Assembly (NCBI GenBank): GCA_964035545.1
Contig: CAXIUT010000230.1
Location: forward strand, 1,784,185-1,848,184
Direction: 5' to 3'
Length of the DNA stretch: 64,000 nt
Source: Bugula neritina
Taxonomy: Eukaryota > Animalia > Bryozoa
The position numbers were made by a program, and so were the translations under genes. Shown here piece after piece: positions 1-16,800 of this stretch. Every line of letters starts with the position of its first letter. Positions within the stretch are counted from its first letter, which is position 1. The notes beneath the pieces are model-generated. The model was not told where the DNA came from. It worked only from the letters and a program-made list of their open reading frames with translations, and made no database searches.

Positions 1-2599
1 GAAATGTACTGCGACATACTGAATTATACTGCAACATACTGCAACATACTGAAATACACTGTAACATAATGAAATATGCTGGAGCACACTTAAATACACC
101 GCAACACACTGAAGTATACTGTAATATACTGAAATGTACTGCAACATACTGGAATATACCGTAACACACTGATATATACTCTAACATACCGAAATACACT
201 GTAACATACTGAAATAAACTGCAACCTACTGCAATATACTGAATTACACTTGAACATAATGAAATACACTGAAACACATTGAAATATACTGCAAGATACC
301 GAAAAGAATGGTAAACTAGTGAAATATACTGTTACATAATGAAACATACCGGAACATACTGCAACATAATAAAATATACTGTAACACACTGAAATATGCT
401 ACAAGATACTGAAATATACTGTAACATACTGAAACATACGCAATATACTGAAATACGCTGCAACATACTGAATTACACTCTAACATACTGAAATATGGTG
501 TAGCACACTGAAATACACTGCACCACACTGAAGCGTACTGTAATATACAGAAATGTACTGCAACATACTGAATTATACTGCAACATACTGCAACATATTG
601 AAATACACTGTAACATAACGAAATACATTGCAACACCTTGAAATATACTGCAACATACTGCAACCTACCACAACGTACTGAAGTATACCGTGACGCCTTA
701 TAATATACTGCAACATACTAAAATACACTGCAACATACTGAAATACATTGCAACACATTAAAACATACTGCAACATATTGAAACGTACTGCAACATACTG
801 AAATATACTGCAACATACTGAAATACTCTATAACATATTGAAATATACTGCAACATACTGAATTACACTCTAACATACTGAAATATGCTGTAGCATACTG
901 AAATACACTGCAACACATTGAAATATACTGCAACATACCGAAATGAATGGTAAACTAGCGAAATAAACTGTAACATAATGAAACATACCGGAACATACTG
1001 CAAGATAATAAAATATACTGTAACACACTGAAATATACTGCAAGATACTGAAATATACTGCAACATACTGAAACGTAAGCAACATACTGAAATACGCTGC
1101 GACATACTGTAATATACTGCAAGATACTGCAAAATACTGAGTACACTGTGTCATACTGAAATACACTGCAACATACTGCAAGATCTTGCAACATACTGAA
1201 ATACACTGTAACATATTGAAATACACTGCATCATACTGCACCATACTGAAATACACTGAAACATATTGATATATACTGCAACACATTGAAATATACTGCA
1301 ACACACTGAAACATAAGGCAACATACTGAAATATACTGCGACACATTGAAATATACTGCAACATACTAAAATATACTGCAACATACTGCAACATCCTAAA
1401 ATACACTGTAACATACTGAAATACACTGCAACAACTTGAAAAATACTGCAACATACCTAAACATTCGGCAACATACTAAAATACACTATAACATATTGAA
1501 ATACACTGAAACATACTGAAATACACTATAACATATTGAAATATGCTGTAGCATACTGAAGTATGCTGCCACACACTGAAGTATACTGTAATATACAGAA
1601 ATGTACTGTAACATACTGAAACATACTGCAACATAGTGCAACGTACGGAAATACACTGTAACATAATGAAATACACTGCAACACATTGAAATATACTGCA
1701 ACATAACGAAATAAATGGTAAACTAGTGGAATATACTGTTACACAATGAAATTGACTGCAAGATACTGAGATATACTGTAACATACTGAAGTACGCTGCC
1801 ACATACTGAAATATACTGCAAGAAACTGCAACATACTGAAATACTCTGGAACATATTGAAATACACTGCAACACTCTGAAAAATACTGCAACACACTGAA
1901 ACATACGGCAACATAGCGAAGTAAACTGCGACACGTTGAAAATTACTGCAACATACTGAAATATACTGTAACACACTGAAATATACTGCAAGATACTGAA
2001 ATATACAACAACATACTGAAACGTACGCAACATACTGAAATACGGTGCAACATACTGTAATATCTTGCAAGATACTGCAAAATACTGAGTACACTGTGTC
2101 ATACTGAAATACACTGCAACATACTGAAATACATTGCAACACATTAAAACATACTACAACATATTGAAACGTACTGCAACATCCTGAAATATATTGCAAC
2201 ATACTGAAATACTCTATAACATATTGAAATATACTGCAACATACTGAATTACACTCTAACATACTGAAATATGCTGTAGCTTACTGAAATACGCTGCAAC
2301 ACATTGAAATATACTGCAACATACCGAAAAGAATGGTAAACTAGCGAAATAAACTGTAACATAATGAAACATACCGGAACATACTGCAACATAATCAAAT
2401 ATACTGTAACACACTGAAATATACTGCAAGATACTGAAATATACTGCAACATACTGAAACGTACGCAACATACTGAAATACGCTGCAACATACTGTAATA
2501 TACTGCAAGATACTGCAAAATACTGAGTACACTGTGTCATACTGAAATACACTGCAACATACCGCAAGATATTGCAACATACTGAAATACACTGTGACA

Positions 2600-5500
2600 C
2601 ACTGAAATATACTGCAACATACTGCAACATACTGAAATACACTGTAACATATTGAAATACACTGCAACATACTGCAACATACTGAAATACACTGTAACAT
2701 ATTGAAATACACTGCAACACACTGCAACATACTGCAACATACTGAAATACACTGGAACTAACTGAAACATACGGCAACATACTGAAATACACTGTGGCAC
2801 ACTGAAATACACTGCAACATACTGCAACATACTGCAACTTACTGAAATACACTGTAACATATTGAAATACACTGCAACATACTGCAACATACTGCAACAC
2901 ACTGCAACATACTGAAATACACTGGAACTTACTGAAATGTACTGCGACACGTTAAAATATACTGTAACATACTGAAATATACTTCAACATGCTGCAACAT
3001 AACAAAATACAATGTAACATACTGAAATAGATTGCAACACATTGAAATATACTGCAACATACTGAAACATACTGCAACATACTGAAATATACTGCAATAT
3101 ACTGAATTACACTATAACATATTGAAATATACTGCAAGATACTGAATTACACTCTAACATACTGAAATATGCTGTAGCATACTGAATTACACTGCAACAC
3201 ACTGAAGTATACTCTAATATACTGAAATGTACTGCGACATACTGAATTATACTGCAACATACTGCAACATACTGAAATACACTGTAACATAATGAAATAT
3301 GCTGGAGCACACTTAAATACACCGCAACACACTGAAGTATACTGTAATATACTGAAATGTACTGCAACATACTGGAATATACCGTAACACACTGATATAT
3401 ACTCTAACATACCGAAATACACTGTAACATACTGAAATAAACTGCAACCTACTGCGATATACTGATTTACACTTGAACATAATGAAATACACTGAAACAC
3501 ATTGAAATATACTGCAAGATACCGAAAAGAATGGTAAACTAGTGAAATATACTGTTACATAATGAAACATACCGGAACATACTGCAACATAATAAAATAT
3601 ACTGTAACACACTGAAATATGCTACAAGATACTGAAATATACTGTAACATACTGAAACATACGCAATATACTGAAATACGCTGCAACATACTGAATTACA
3701 CTCTAACATACTGAAATATGGTGTAGCACACTGAAATACACTGCACCACACTGAAGCGTACTGTAATATACAGAAATGTACTGCAACATACTGAATTATA
3801 CTGCAACATACTGCAACATATTGAAATACACTGTAACATAACGAAATACATTGCAACACCTTGAAATATACTGCAACATACCGAAATGAATGGTAAACAA
3901 GTGAAATATACTGTAACACAATGAAACATACAGGAACATACTGCACTATAATGAAATATACTGTAGCACACTGAAAGATACTGCACGATACTGAAATATT
4001 CTGTACCATACTGAAATGTACGCAACATACTGAAGTTTGCTGCAACATACTGATTTATACTCCAAGATATTGCAACATACTGGAATACACTGTAACAAAC
4101 TGAAATACACTGCAACATACTGCAACATACTGAGTTACACTGGAACATATTGAAATACACTGCAACACTTTGAAATATACTGCAACACACTGAAACATCT
4201 GGCAACATACAGAAGTACACTGCGAGACGTTGAAAAATACTGCAACATACTGAAATACATTGGGACACACTGAAATACACTGCAACATACTGCAACCTAC
4301 CACAACGTACTGAAGTATACCGTGACGCCTTATAATATACTGCAACATACTAAAATACACTGCAACATACTGAAATACATTGCAACACATTAAAACATAC
4401 TGCAACATATTGAAACGTACTGCAACATACTGAAATACTCTATAACATATTGAAATATACTGCAACATACTGAATTACACTCTAACATACTGAAATATGC
4501 TGTAGCATACTGAAATACACTGCAACACATTGAAATATACTGCAACATACCGAAATGAATGGTAAACTAGCGAAATAAACTGTAACATAATGAAACATAC
4601 CGGAACATACTGCAAGATAATAAAATATACTGTAACACACTGAAATATACTGCAAGATACTGAAATATACTGCAACATACTGAAACGTAAGCAACATACT
4701 GAAATACGCTGCGACATACTGTAATATACTGCAAGATACTGCAAAATACTGAGTACACTGTGTCATACTGAAATACACTGCAACATACTGCAAGATCTTG
4801 CAACATACTGAAATACACTGTAACATATTGAAATACACTGCATCATACTGCACCATACTGAAATACACTGAAACATATTGATATATACTGCAACACATTG
4901 AAATATACTGCAACACACTGAAACATAAGGCAACATACTGAAATATACTGCGACACATTGAAATATACTGCAACATACTAAAATATACTGCAACATACTG
5001 CAACATCCTAAAATACACTGTAACATACTGAAATACACTGCAACAACTTGAAAAATACTGCAACATACCTAAACATTCGGCAACATACTAAAATACACTA
5101 TAACATATTGAAATACACTGAAACATACTGAAATACACTATAACATATTGAAATATGCTGTAGCATACTGAAGTATGCTGCCACACACTGAAGTATACTG
5201 TAATATACAGAAATGTCCTGTAACATACTGAAACATACTGCAACATAGTGCAACGTACGGAAATACACTGTAACATAATGAAATACACTGCAACACATTG
5301 AAATATACTGCAACATAACGAAATAAATGGTAAACTAGTGGAATATACTGTAACACAATGAAATTGACTGCAAGATACTGAGATATACTGTAACATACTG
5401 AAGTACGCTGCCACATACTGAAATATACTGCAAGAAACTGCAACATACTGAAATACTCTGGAACATATTGAAATACACTGCAACACTCTGAAAAATACTG

Positions 5501-8500
5501 CAACACACTGAAACATACGGCAACATACCGAAGTAAACTGCGACACGTTGAAAATTACTGCAACATACTGAAATATACTGTAACACACTGAAATATACTG
5601 CAAGATACTGAAATATACAACAACATACTGAAACGTACGCAACATACTGAAATACGGTGCAACATACTGTAATATCTTGCAAGATACTGCAAAATACTGA
5701 GTACACTGTGTCATACTGAAATACACTGCAACATACTGCAACATACCACAACGTACTGATATATACCGCGACGCATTAAAATATACTGCAACATACGAAA
5801 ATACACTGCAACATACTGAAATACATTGCAACACATGAAAACATACTGCAACATATTGAAACGTACTACAACATACTGAAATATATTGCGACATACTGAA
5901 ATACTCTATAACATATTGAAATATACTGCAACATACTGAATTACACTCTAACATACTGAAATATGCTGTAGCATACTGAAATACGCTGCAACACATTGAA
6001 ATATACTGCAACATACCGAAATGAATGGTAAACTAGCGAAATAAACTGTAACATAATGAAACATACCGGAACATACTGCAACATAATCAAATATACTGTA
6101 ACACACTGAAATATGCTACAAGATACTGAAATATACTGCAACATACTGAAACGTACGCAACATACTGAAATACGCTGCAACATACTGTAATATACTGCAA
6201 GGTAGTGCAAAATACTGAGTACACTGTGTCATACTGAAATACACTGCAACATACTGCAAGATATTGCAACATACTGAGATACACTGTGACACACTGAAAT
6301 ATACTGCAACATACTGCAACATACTGCAACATACTGCAACATACTGAACTACACTGTAACATATTGAAATACATTGCAACACATTGAAATATACTGCATC
6401 TATTTGAAACATACTGCAACATACTGAATTACACTCTAACATACTGAAATATGCTGTAGCATACTGAAAAACACTACAACTCACTGAAGTATAGTGTAAT
6501 ATACGGAAATGTACTGCAACATGCCAAAATATACTGCAACATACTGAAATACACTGTAACATATTGAAATACACTGCAACATACTGCAACATACTGAAAT
6601 ACACTGTAACATATTGAAATACACTGCAACACACTGCAACATACTGCAACATACTGAAATACACTGGAACTAACTTCAACATACGGCAACATACTGAAAT
6701 ACACTGTGGCACACTGAAATACACTGCAACATACTGCAACATACTGCAACTTACTGAAATACACTGTAACATATTGAAATACACTGCAACATACTGCAAC
6801 ATACTGCAACATACTGAAATACACTGGAACTTACTGAAATGTACTGCGACACATTAAAATATACTGTAACATACTGAAATATACTTCAACATGCTGCAAC
6901 ACAACAAAATACAATGTAACATACTGAAATAGATTGCAACACATTGAAATATACTGCAACATACTGAAACATACTGCAACATACTGAAATATACTGCAAT
7001 ATACTGAATTACACTATAACATATTGAAATATACTGCAAGATACTGAATTACACTCTAACATACTGAAATATGCTATAGCATACTGAATTACACTGCAAC
7101 ACACTGAAGTATACTCTAATATACTGAAATGTACTGCGACATACTGAATTATACTGCAACATACTGCAACATACTGAAATACACTGTAACATAATGAAAT
7201 ATGCTGGAGCACACTTAAATACACCGCAACACACTGAAGTATACTGTAATATACTGAAATGTACTGCAACATACTGGAATATACCGTAACACACTGATAT
7301 ATACTCTAACATACCGAAATACACTGTAACATACTGAAATAAACTGCAACCTACTGCGATATACTGAATTACACTTGAACATAATGAAATACACTGAAAC
7401 ACATTGAAATATACTGCAAGATACCGAAAAGAATGGTAAACTAGTGAAATATACTGTTACATAATGAAACATACCGGAACATACTGCAACATAATAAAAT
7501 ATACTGTAACACACTGAAATATGCTACAAGATACTGAAATATACTGTAACATACTGAAACATACGCAATATACTGAAATACGCTGCAACATACTGAATTA
7601 CACTCTAACATACTGAAATATGGTGTAGCACACTGAAATACACTGCACCACACTGAAGCGTACTGTAATATACAGAAATGTACTGCAACGTACTGAATTA
7701 TACTGCAACATACTGCAACATATTGAAATACACTGTAACATAACGAAATACATTGCAACACCTTGAAATATACTGCAACATACCGAAATGAATGGTAAAC
7801 AAGTGAAATATACTGTAACACAATGAAACATACAGGAACATACTGCACTATAATGAAATATACTGTAGCACACTGAAAGATACTGCACGATACTGAAATA
7901 TTCTGTACCATACTGAAATGTACGCAACATACTGAAGTTTGCTGCAACATACTGATTTATACTCCAAGATATTGCAACATACTGAAATACACTGTAACAA
8001 ACTGAAATACACTGCAACATACTGCAACATACTGAGTTACACTGGAACATATTGAAATACACTGCAACACTTTGAAATATACTGCAACACACTGAAACAT
8101 CTGGCAACATACAGAAGTACACTGCGAGACGTTGAAAAATACTGCAACATACTGAAATACATTGGGACACACTGAAATACACTGCAACATACTGCAACCT
8201 ACCACAACGTACTGAAGTATACCGTGACGCCTTATAATATACTGCAACATACTAAAATACACTGCAACATACTGAAATACATTGCAACACATTAAAACAT
8301 ACTGCAACATATTGAAACGTACTGCAACATACTGAAATATACTGCAACATACTGAAATACTCTATAACATATTGAAATATACTGCAACATACTGAATTAC
8401 ACTCTAACATACTGAAATATGCTGTAGCATACTGAAATACACTGCAACACATTGAAATATACTGCAACATACCGAAATGAATGGTAAACTAGCGAAATAA

Positions 8501-10880
8501 ACTGTAACATAATGAAACATACCGGAACATACTGCAAGATAATAAAATATACTGTAACACACTGAAATATACTGCAAGATACTGAAATATACTGCAACAT
8601 ACTGAAACGTAAGCAACATACTGAAATACGCTGCGACATACTGTAATATACTGCAAGATACTGCAAAATACTGAGTACACTGTGTCATACTGAAATACAC
8701 TGCAACATACTGCAAGATCTTGCAACATACTGAAATACACTGTAACATATTGAAATACACTGCATCATACTGCACCATACTGAAATACACTGAAACATAT
8801 TGATATATACTGCAACACATTGAAATATACTGCAACACACTGAAACATAAGGCAACATACTGAAATATACTGCGACACATTGAAATATACTGCAACATAC
8901 TAAAATATACTGCAACATACTGCAACATCCTAAAATACACTGTAACATACTGAAATACACTGCAACAACTTGAAAAATACTGCAACATACCTAAACATTC
9001 GGCAACATACTAAAATACACTATAACATATTGAAATACACTGAAACATACTGAAATACACTATAACATATTGAAATATGCTGTAGCATACTGAAGTATGC
9101 TGCCACACACTGCAGTATACTGTAATATACAGAAATGTACTGTAACATACTGAAACATACTGCAACATAGTGCAACGTACGGAAATACACTGTAACATAA
9201 TGAAATACACTGCAACACATTGAAATATACTGCAACATAACGAAATAAATGGTAAACTAGTGGAATATACTGTAACACAATGAAATTGACTGCAAGATAC
9301 TGAGATATACTGTAACATACTGAAGTACGCTGCCACATACTGAAATATACTGCAAGAAACTGCAACATACTGAAATACTCTGGAATATATTGAAATACAC
9401 TGCAACACTCTGAAAAATACTGCAACACACTGAAACATACGGCAACATACCGAAGTAAACTGCGACACGTTGAAAATTACTGCAACATACTGAAATATAC
9501 TGTAACACACTGAAATATACTGCAAGATACTGAAATATACAACAACATACTGAAACGTACGCAACATACTGAAATACGGTGCAACATACTGTAATATCTT
9601 GCAAGATACTGCAAAATACTGAGTACACTGTGTCATACTGAAATACACTGCAACATACTGCAACATACCACAACGTACTGATATATACCGCGACGCATTA
9701 AAATATACTGCAACATACGAAAATACACTGCAACATACTGAAATACATTGCAACACATGAAAACATACTGCAACATATTGAAACGTACTGCAACATACTG
9801 AAATATATTGCAACATACTGAAATACTCTATAACATATTGAAATATACTGCAACATACTGAATTACACTCTAACATACTGAAATATGCTGTAGCATACTG
9901 AAATACGCTGCAACACATTGAAATATACTGCAACATACCGAAATGAATGGTAAACTAGCGAAATAAACTGTACCATAATGAAACATACCGGAACATACTG
10001 CAACATAATCAAATATACTGTAACACACTGAAATATGCTACAAGATACTGAAATATACTGCAACATACTGAAACGTACGCAACATACTGAAATTCGCTGC
10101 AACATACTGTAATATACTGCAAGGTAGTGCAAAATACTGAGTACACTGTGTCATACTGAAATACACTGCAACATACTGCAAGATATTGCAACATACTGAG
10201 ATACACTGTGACACACTGAAATATACTGCAACATACTGCAACATACTGCAACATACTGCAACATACTGAACTACACTGTAACATATTGAAATACATTGCA
10301 ACACATTGAAATATACTGCATCTTTTTGAAACATACTGCAACATACTGAATTACACTCTAACATACTGAAATATGCTGTAGCATACTGAAAAACACTACA
10401 ACTCACTGAAGTATAGTGTAATATACGGAAATGTACTGCAACATGCCAAAATATACTGCAACATACTGAAATACACTGTAACATATTGAAATACACTGCA
10501 ACATACTGCAACATACTGAAATACACTGTAACATATTGAAATACACTGCAACACACTGCAACATACTGCAACATACTGAAATACACTGGAATTAACTTCA
10601 ACATACGGCAACATACTGAAATACACTGTGGCACACTGAAATACACTGCAACATACTGCAACATACTGCAACTTACTGAAATACACTGTAACATATTGAA
10701 ATACACTGCAACATACTGCAACATACTGCAACATACTGAAATACACTGGAACTTACTGAAATGTACTGCGACACATTAAAATATACTGTAACATACTGAA
10801 ATATACTTCAACATGCTGCAACATACCAAAATACAATGTAACATACTGAAATAGATTGCAACACATTGAAATATACTGCA
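2600..10880. repeat. ~3.9-kb higher-order repeat (period 3,902-3,922 bp); 1-3.8 kb holds an internally deleted variant of the same unit
   Basis: Near-identical pseudo-ORFs recur at fixed offsets: 2952/6854, 3313/7215, 3696/7598 (3,902); 4482/8404, 5088/9010, 6116/10038 (3,922). The first copy shows offsets of 3,223, 3,612 and 3,692, i.e. deletions. Confidence 0.9.
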
Positions 10881-13800
10881 ACATACTGCAACATACTGCA
10901 ACATACTGCAACATACTGAATTACACTCTAACATACTGAAATATGCTGTAGCATACTGAAAAACACTACAACTCACTGAAGTATAGTGTAATATACAGAA
11001 ATGTACTGTAACATACTGAAGCATACGGCAACATACTGAAATACACTGTAACATATTGAAATACACTGCAACATACTGCAACATACCGAAATACACTGGA
11101 ACATATTGAAATACACTGCAACCCATCGAAATATACTGCAACACACTGAAACATACAGCAACATACTGAAATATTCTGCAACATACTGCAACATACTAAA
11201 ATACACTGTAACATACTGAAATACATTGCAAAACAATAAAATATACTGCAACATACTAAAACATACTGCAACATACTGAAACATACTGCAACATACTGAA
11301 ACATACTGAATTACACTCTAACATACTGAAATATGGTGTAGCACACTGAAATACACTGCAACACACTGAAGTGCACTGTAATATACAGAAATGTGCTGCA
11401 ACATACTGAATTATACTGCAACATACTGCAACATACTGAAATACACTGTAACATAACGAAATACACTGCAACACATTGAAATATACTGCAACATACTGAA
11501 ATGATTGGTAAACTAGTGAAATGTACTGTAACATCATGAAACATACCGGAACATTCTGCAACATAATGAAATATACTGTAGCACACTGAAATATGCTGCA
11601 CGATACTGAAATATACTGTAACATACTGAAATGTACGCAACATACTGAAGTACGCTGCAACATACTGATTTATACTGCAAGATACTGCAACATACTGAAT
11701 TCCACTGTAACATACTGAAATACACTGCAACATACTGCAACATACTGAATTACACTGGAACATATTGAAATACACTGCAACACTTTGAAATATACTGCAA
11801 CACACTGAAACATATGGCAACATACCGAAATACACTGCGACACGTTGACAAATACTGCAACATACTGAAATATACTGCAAGTGGTGCAACATACTGAAAT
11901 ATACTGTACTATACTAAAAATCTTTGCAAAACAATAAAATATACTGCAACATACTGAAACATACTGCAACATACTGAAATATACTGTAACATACTGAGAC
12001 ACACTATAACATATTGAAATATACTGCAACATACTGAATTACACTCTAACATACTGAAGTATGCTGTAGCATACTGAAATACACTGCCACACACTGAAGT
12101 ATACTGTATTATACAGAAATGTACTGCAACATACTGAATTATACTACAACACACTGCAACATATTGAAATACACTGTAACATAACGAAATACATTGCAAC
12201 ACCTTGAAATATACTGCAACATACCGAAATGAATGGTAAACAAGTGAAATATACTGTAACACAATGAAACATACAGGAAAATACTGCACTATAATGAAAT
12301 ATACTGTAGCACACTGAAAGATACTGCACGATACTGAAATATTCTGTACCATACTGAAATGTACGCAACATACTGAAGTTTGCTGCAACATACTGATTTA
12401 TACTCCAAGATATTGCAACATACTGAAATACACTGTAACAAACTGAAATACACTGCAACATACTGCAACATACTGAGTTACACTGGAACATATTGAAATA
12501 CCCTGCAACACTTTGAAATATACTGCAACACACTGAAACATCTGGCAACATACAGAAGTACACTGCGAGACGTTGAAAAATACTGCAACATACTGAAATA
12601 CATTGGGACACACTGAAATACACTGCAACATACTGCAACCTACCACAACGTACTGAAGTATACCGTGACGCCTTATAATATACTGCAACATACTAAAATA
12701 CACTGCAACATACTGAAATACATTGCAACACATTAAAACATACTGCAACATATTGAAACGTACTGCAACATACTGAAATATACTGCAACATACTGAAATA
12801 CTCTATAACATATTGAAATATACTGCAACATACTGAATTACACTCTAACATACTGAAATATGCTGTAGCATACTGAAATACACTGCAACACATTGAAATA
12901 TACTGCAACATACCGAAATGAATGGTAAACTAGCGAAATAAACTGTAACATAATGAAACATACCGGAACATACTGCAAGATAATAAAATATACTGTAACA
13001 CACTGAAATATACTGCAAGATACTGAAATATACTGCAACATACTGAAACGTAAGCAACATACTGAAATACGCTGCGACATACTGTAATATACTGCAAGAT
13101 ACTGCAAAATACTGAGTACACTGTGTCATACTGAAATACACTGCAACATACTGCAAGATCTTGCAACATACTGAAATACACTGTAACATATTGAAATACA
13201 CTGCATCATACTGCACCATACTGAAATACACTGAAACATATTGATATATACTGCAACACATTGAAATATACTGCAACACACTGAAACATAAGGCAACATA
13301 CTGAAATATACTGCGACACATTGAAATATACTGCAACATACTAAAATATACTGCAACATACTGCAACATCCTAAAATACACTGTAACATACTGAAATACA
13401 CTGCAACAACTTGAAAAATACTGCAACATACCTAAACATTCGGCAACATACTAAAATACACTATAACATATTGAAATATGCTGTAGCATACTGAAGTATG
13501 CTGCCACACACTGAAGTATACTGTAATATACAGAAATGTACTGTAACATACTGAAACATACTGCAACATAGTGCAACGTACGGAAATACACTGTAACATA
13601 ATGAAATACACTGCAACACATTGAAATATACTGCAACATAACGAAATAAATGGTAAACTAGTGGAATATACTGTAACACACTGAAATTGACTGCAAGATA
13701 CTGAGATATACTGTAACATACTGAAGTACGCTGCCACATACTGAAATATACTGCAAGAAACTGCAACATACTGAAATACTCTGGAACATATTGAAATACA

Positions 13801-16800
13801 CTGCAACACTCTGAAAAATACTGCAACACACTGAAACATACGGCAACATACCGAAGTAAACTGCGACACGTTGAAAATTACTGCAACATACTGAAATATA
13901 CTGTAACACACTGAAATATACTGCAAGATACTGAAATATACAACAACATACTGAAACGTACGCAACATACTGAAATACGGTGCAACATACTGTAATATCT
14001 TGCAAGATACTGCAAAATACTGAGTACACTGTGTCATACTGAAATACACTGCAACATACTGCAACATACCACAACGTACTGATATATACCGCGACGCATT
14101 AAAATATACTGCAACATACGAAAATACACTGCAACATACTGAAATACATTGCAACACATGAAAACATACTGCAACATATTGAAACGTACTGCAACATACT
14201 GAAATATATTGCAACATACTGAAATACTCTATAACATATTGAAATATACTGCAACATACTGAATTACACTCTAACATACTGAAATATGCTGTAGCATACT
14301 GAAATACGCTGCAACACATTGAAATATACTGCAACATACCGAAATGAATGGTAAACTAGCGAAATAAACTGTAACATAATGAAACATACCGGAACATACT
14401 GCAACATAATCAAATATACTGTAACACACTGAAATATGCTACAAGATACTGAAATATACTGCAACATACTGAAACGTACGCAACATACTGAAATACGCTT
14501 CAACATACTGTAATATACTGCAAGGTAGTGCAAAATACTGAGTACACTGTGTCATACTGAAATACACTGCAACATACTGCAAGATATTGCAACATACTGA
14601 GATACACTGTGACACACTGAAATATACTGCAACATACTGCAACATACTGCAACATACTGCAACATACTGAACTACACTGTAACATATTGAAATACATTGC
14701 AACACATTGAAATATACTGCATCTTTTTGAAACATACTGCAACATACTGAATTACACTCTAACATACTGAAATATGCTGTAGCATACTGAAAAACACTAC
14801 AACTCACTGAAGTATAGTGTAATATACGGAAATGTACTGCAACATGCCAAAATATACTGCAACATACTGAAATACACTGTAACATATTGAAATACACTGC
14901 AACATACTGCAACATACTGAAATACACTGTAACATATTGAAATACACTGCAACACACTGCAACATACTGCAACATACTGAAATACACTGGAACTAACTTC
15001 AACATACGGCAACATACTGAAATACACTGTGGCACACTGAAATACACTGCAACATACTGCAACACACTGCAACTTACTGAAATACACTGTAACATATTGA
15101 AATACACTGCAACATACTGCAACATACTGCAACATACTGAAATACACTGGAACTTACTGAAATGTACTGCGACACATTAAAATATACTGTAACATACTGA
15201 AATATACTTCAACATGCTGCAACACAACAAAATACAATGTAACATACTGAAATAGATTGCAACACATTGAAATATACTGCAACATACTGAAACATACTGC
15301 AACATACTGAAATATACTGCAATATACTGAATTACACTATAACATATTGAAATATACTGCAAGATACTGAATTACACTCTAACATACTGAAATATGCTGT
15401 AGCATACTGAATTACACTGCAACACACTGAAGTATACTCTAATATACTGAAATGTACTGCGACATACTGAATTATACTGCAACATACTGCAACATACTGA
15501 AATACACTGTAACATAATGAAATATGCTGGAGCACACTTAAATACACCGCAACACACTGAAGTATACTGTAATATACTGAAATGTACTGCAACATACTGG
15601 AATATACCGTAACACACTGATATATACTCTAACATACCGAAATACACTGTAACATACTGAAATAAACTGCAACCTACTGCGATATACTGAATTACACTTG
15701 AACATAATGAAATACACTGAAACACATTGAAATATACTGCAAGATACCGAAAAGAATGGTAAACTAGTGAAATATACTGTTACATAATGAAACATACCGG
15801 AACATACTGCAACATAATAAAATATACTGTAACACACTGAAATATGCTACAAGATACTGAAATATACTGTAACATACTGAAACATACGCAATATACTGAA
15901 ATACGCTGCAACATACTGAATTACACTCTAACATACTGAAATATGGTGTAGCACACTGAAATACACTGCACCACACTGAAGCGTACTGTAATATACAGAA
16001 ATGTACTGCAACATACTGAATTATACTGCAACATACTGCAACATATTGAAATACACTGTAACATAACGAAATACATTGCAACACCTTGAAATATACTGCA
16101 ACATACCGAAATGAATGGTAAACAAGTGAAATATACTGTAACACAATGAAACACACAGGAACATACTGCACTATAATGAAATATACTGTAGCACACTGAA
16201 AGATACTGCACGATACTGAAATATTCTGTACCATACTGAAATGTACGCAACATACTGAAGTTTGCTGCAACATACTGATTTATACTCCAAGATATTGCAA
16301 CATACTGAAATACACTGTAACAAACTGAAATACACTGCAACATACTGCAACATACTGAGTTACACTGGAACATATTGAAATACACTGCAACACTTTGAAA
16401 TATACTGCAACACACTGAAACATCTGGCAACATACAGAAGTACACTGCGAGACGTTGAAAAATACTGCAACATACTGAAATACATTGGGACACACTGAAA
16501 TACACTGCAACATACTGCAACCTACCACAACGTACTGAAGTTTACCGTGACGCCTTATAATATACTGCAACATACTAAAATACACTGCAACATACTGAAA
16601 TACATTGCAACACATTAAAACATACTGCAACATATTGAAACGTACTGCAACATACTGAAATATACTGCAACATACTGAAATACTCTATAACATATTGAAA
16701 TATACTGCAACATACTGAATTACACTCTAACATACTGAAATATGCTGTAGCATACTGAAATACACTGCAACACATTGAAATATACTGCAACATACCGAAA

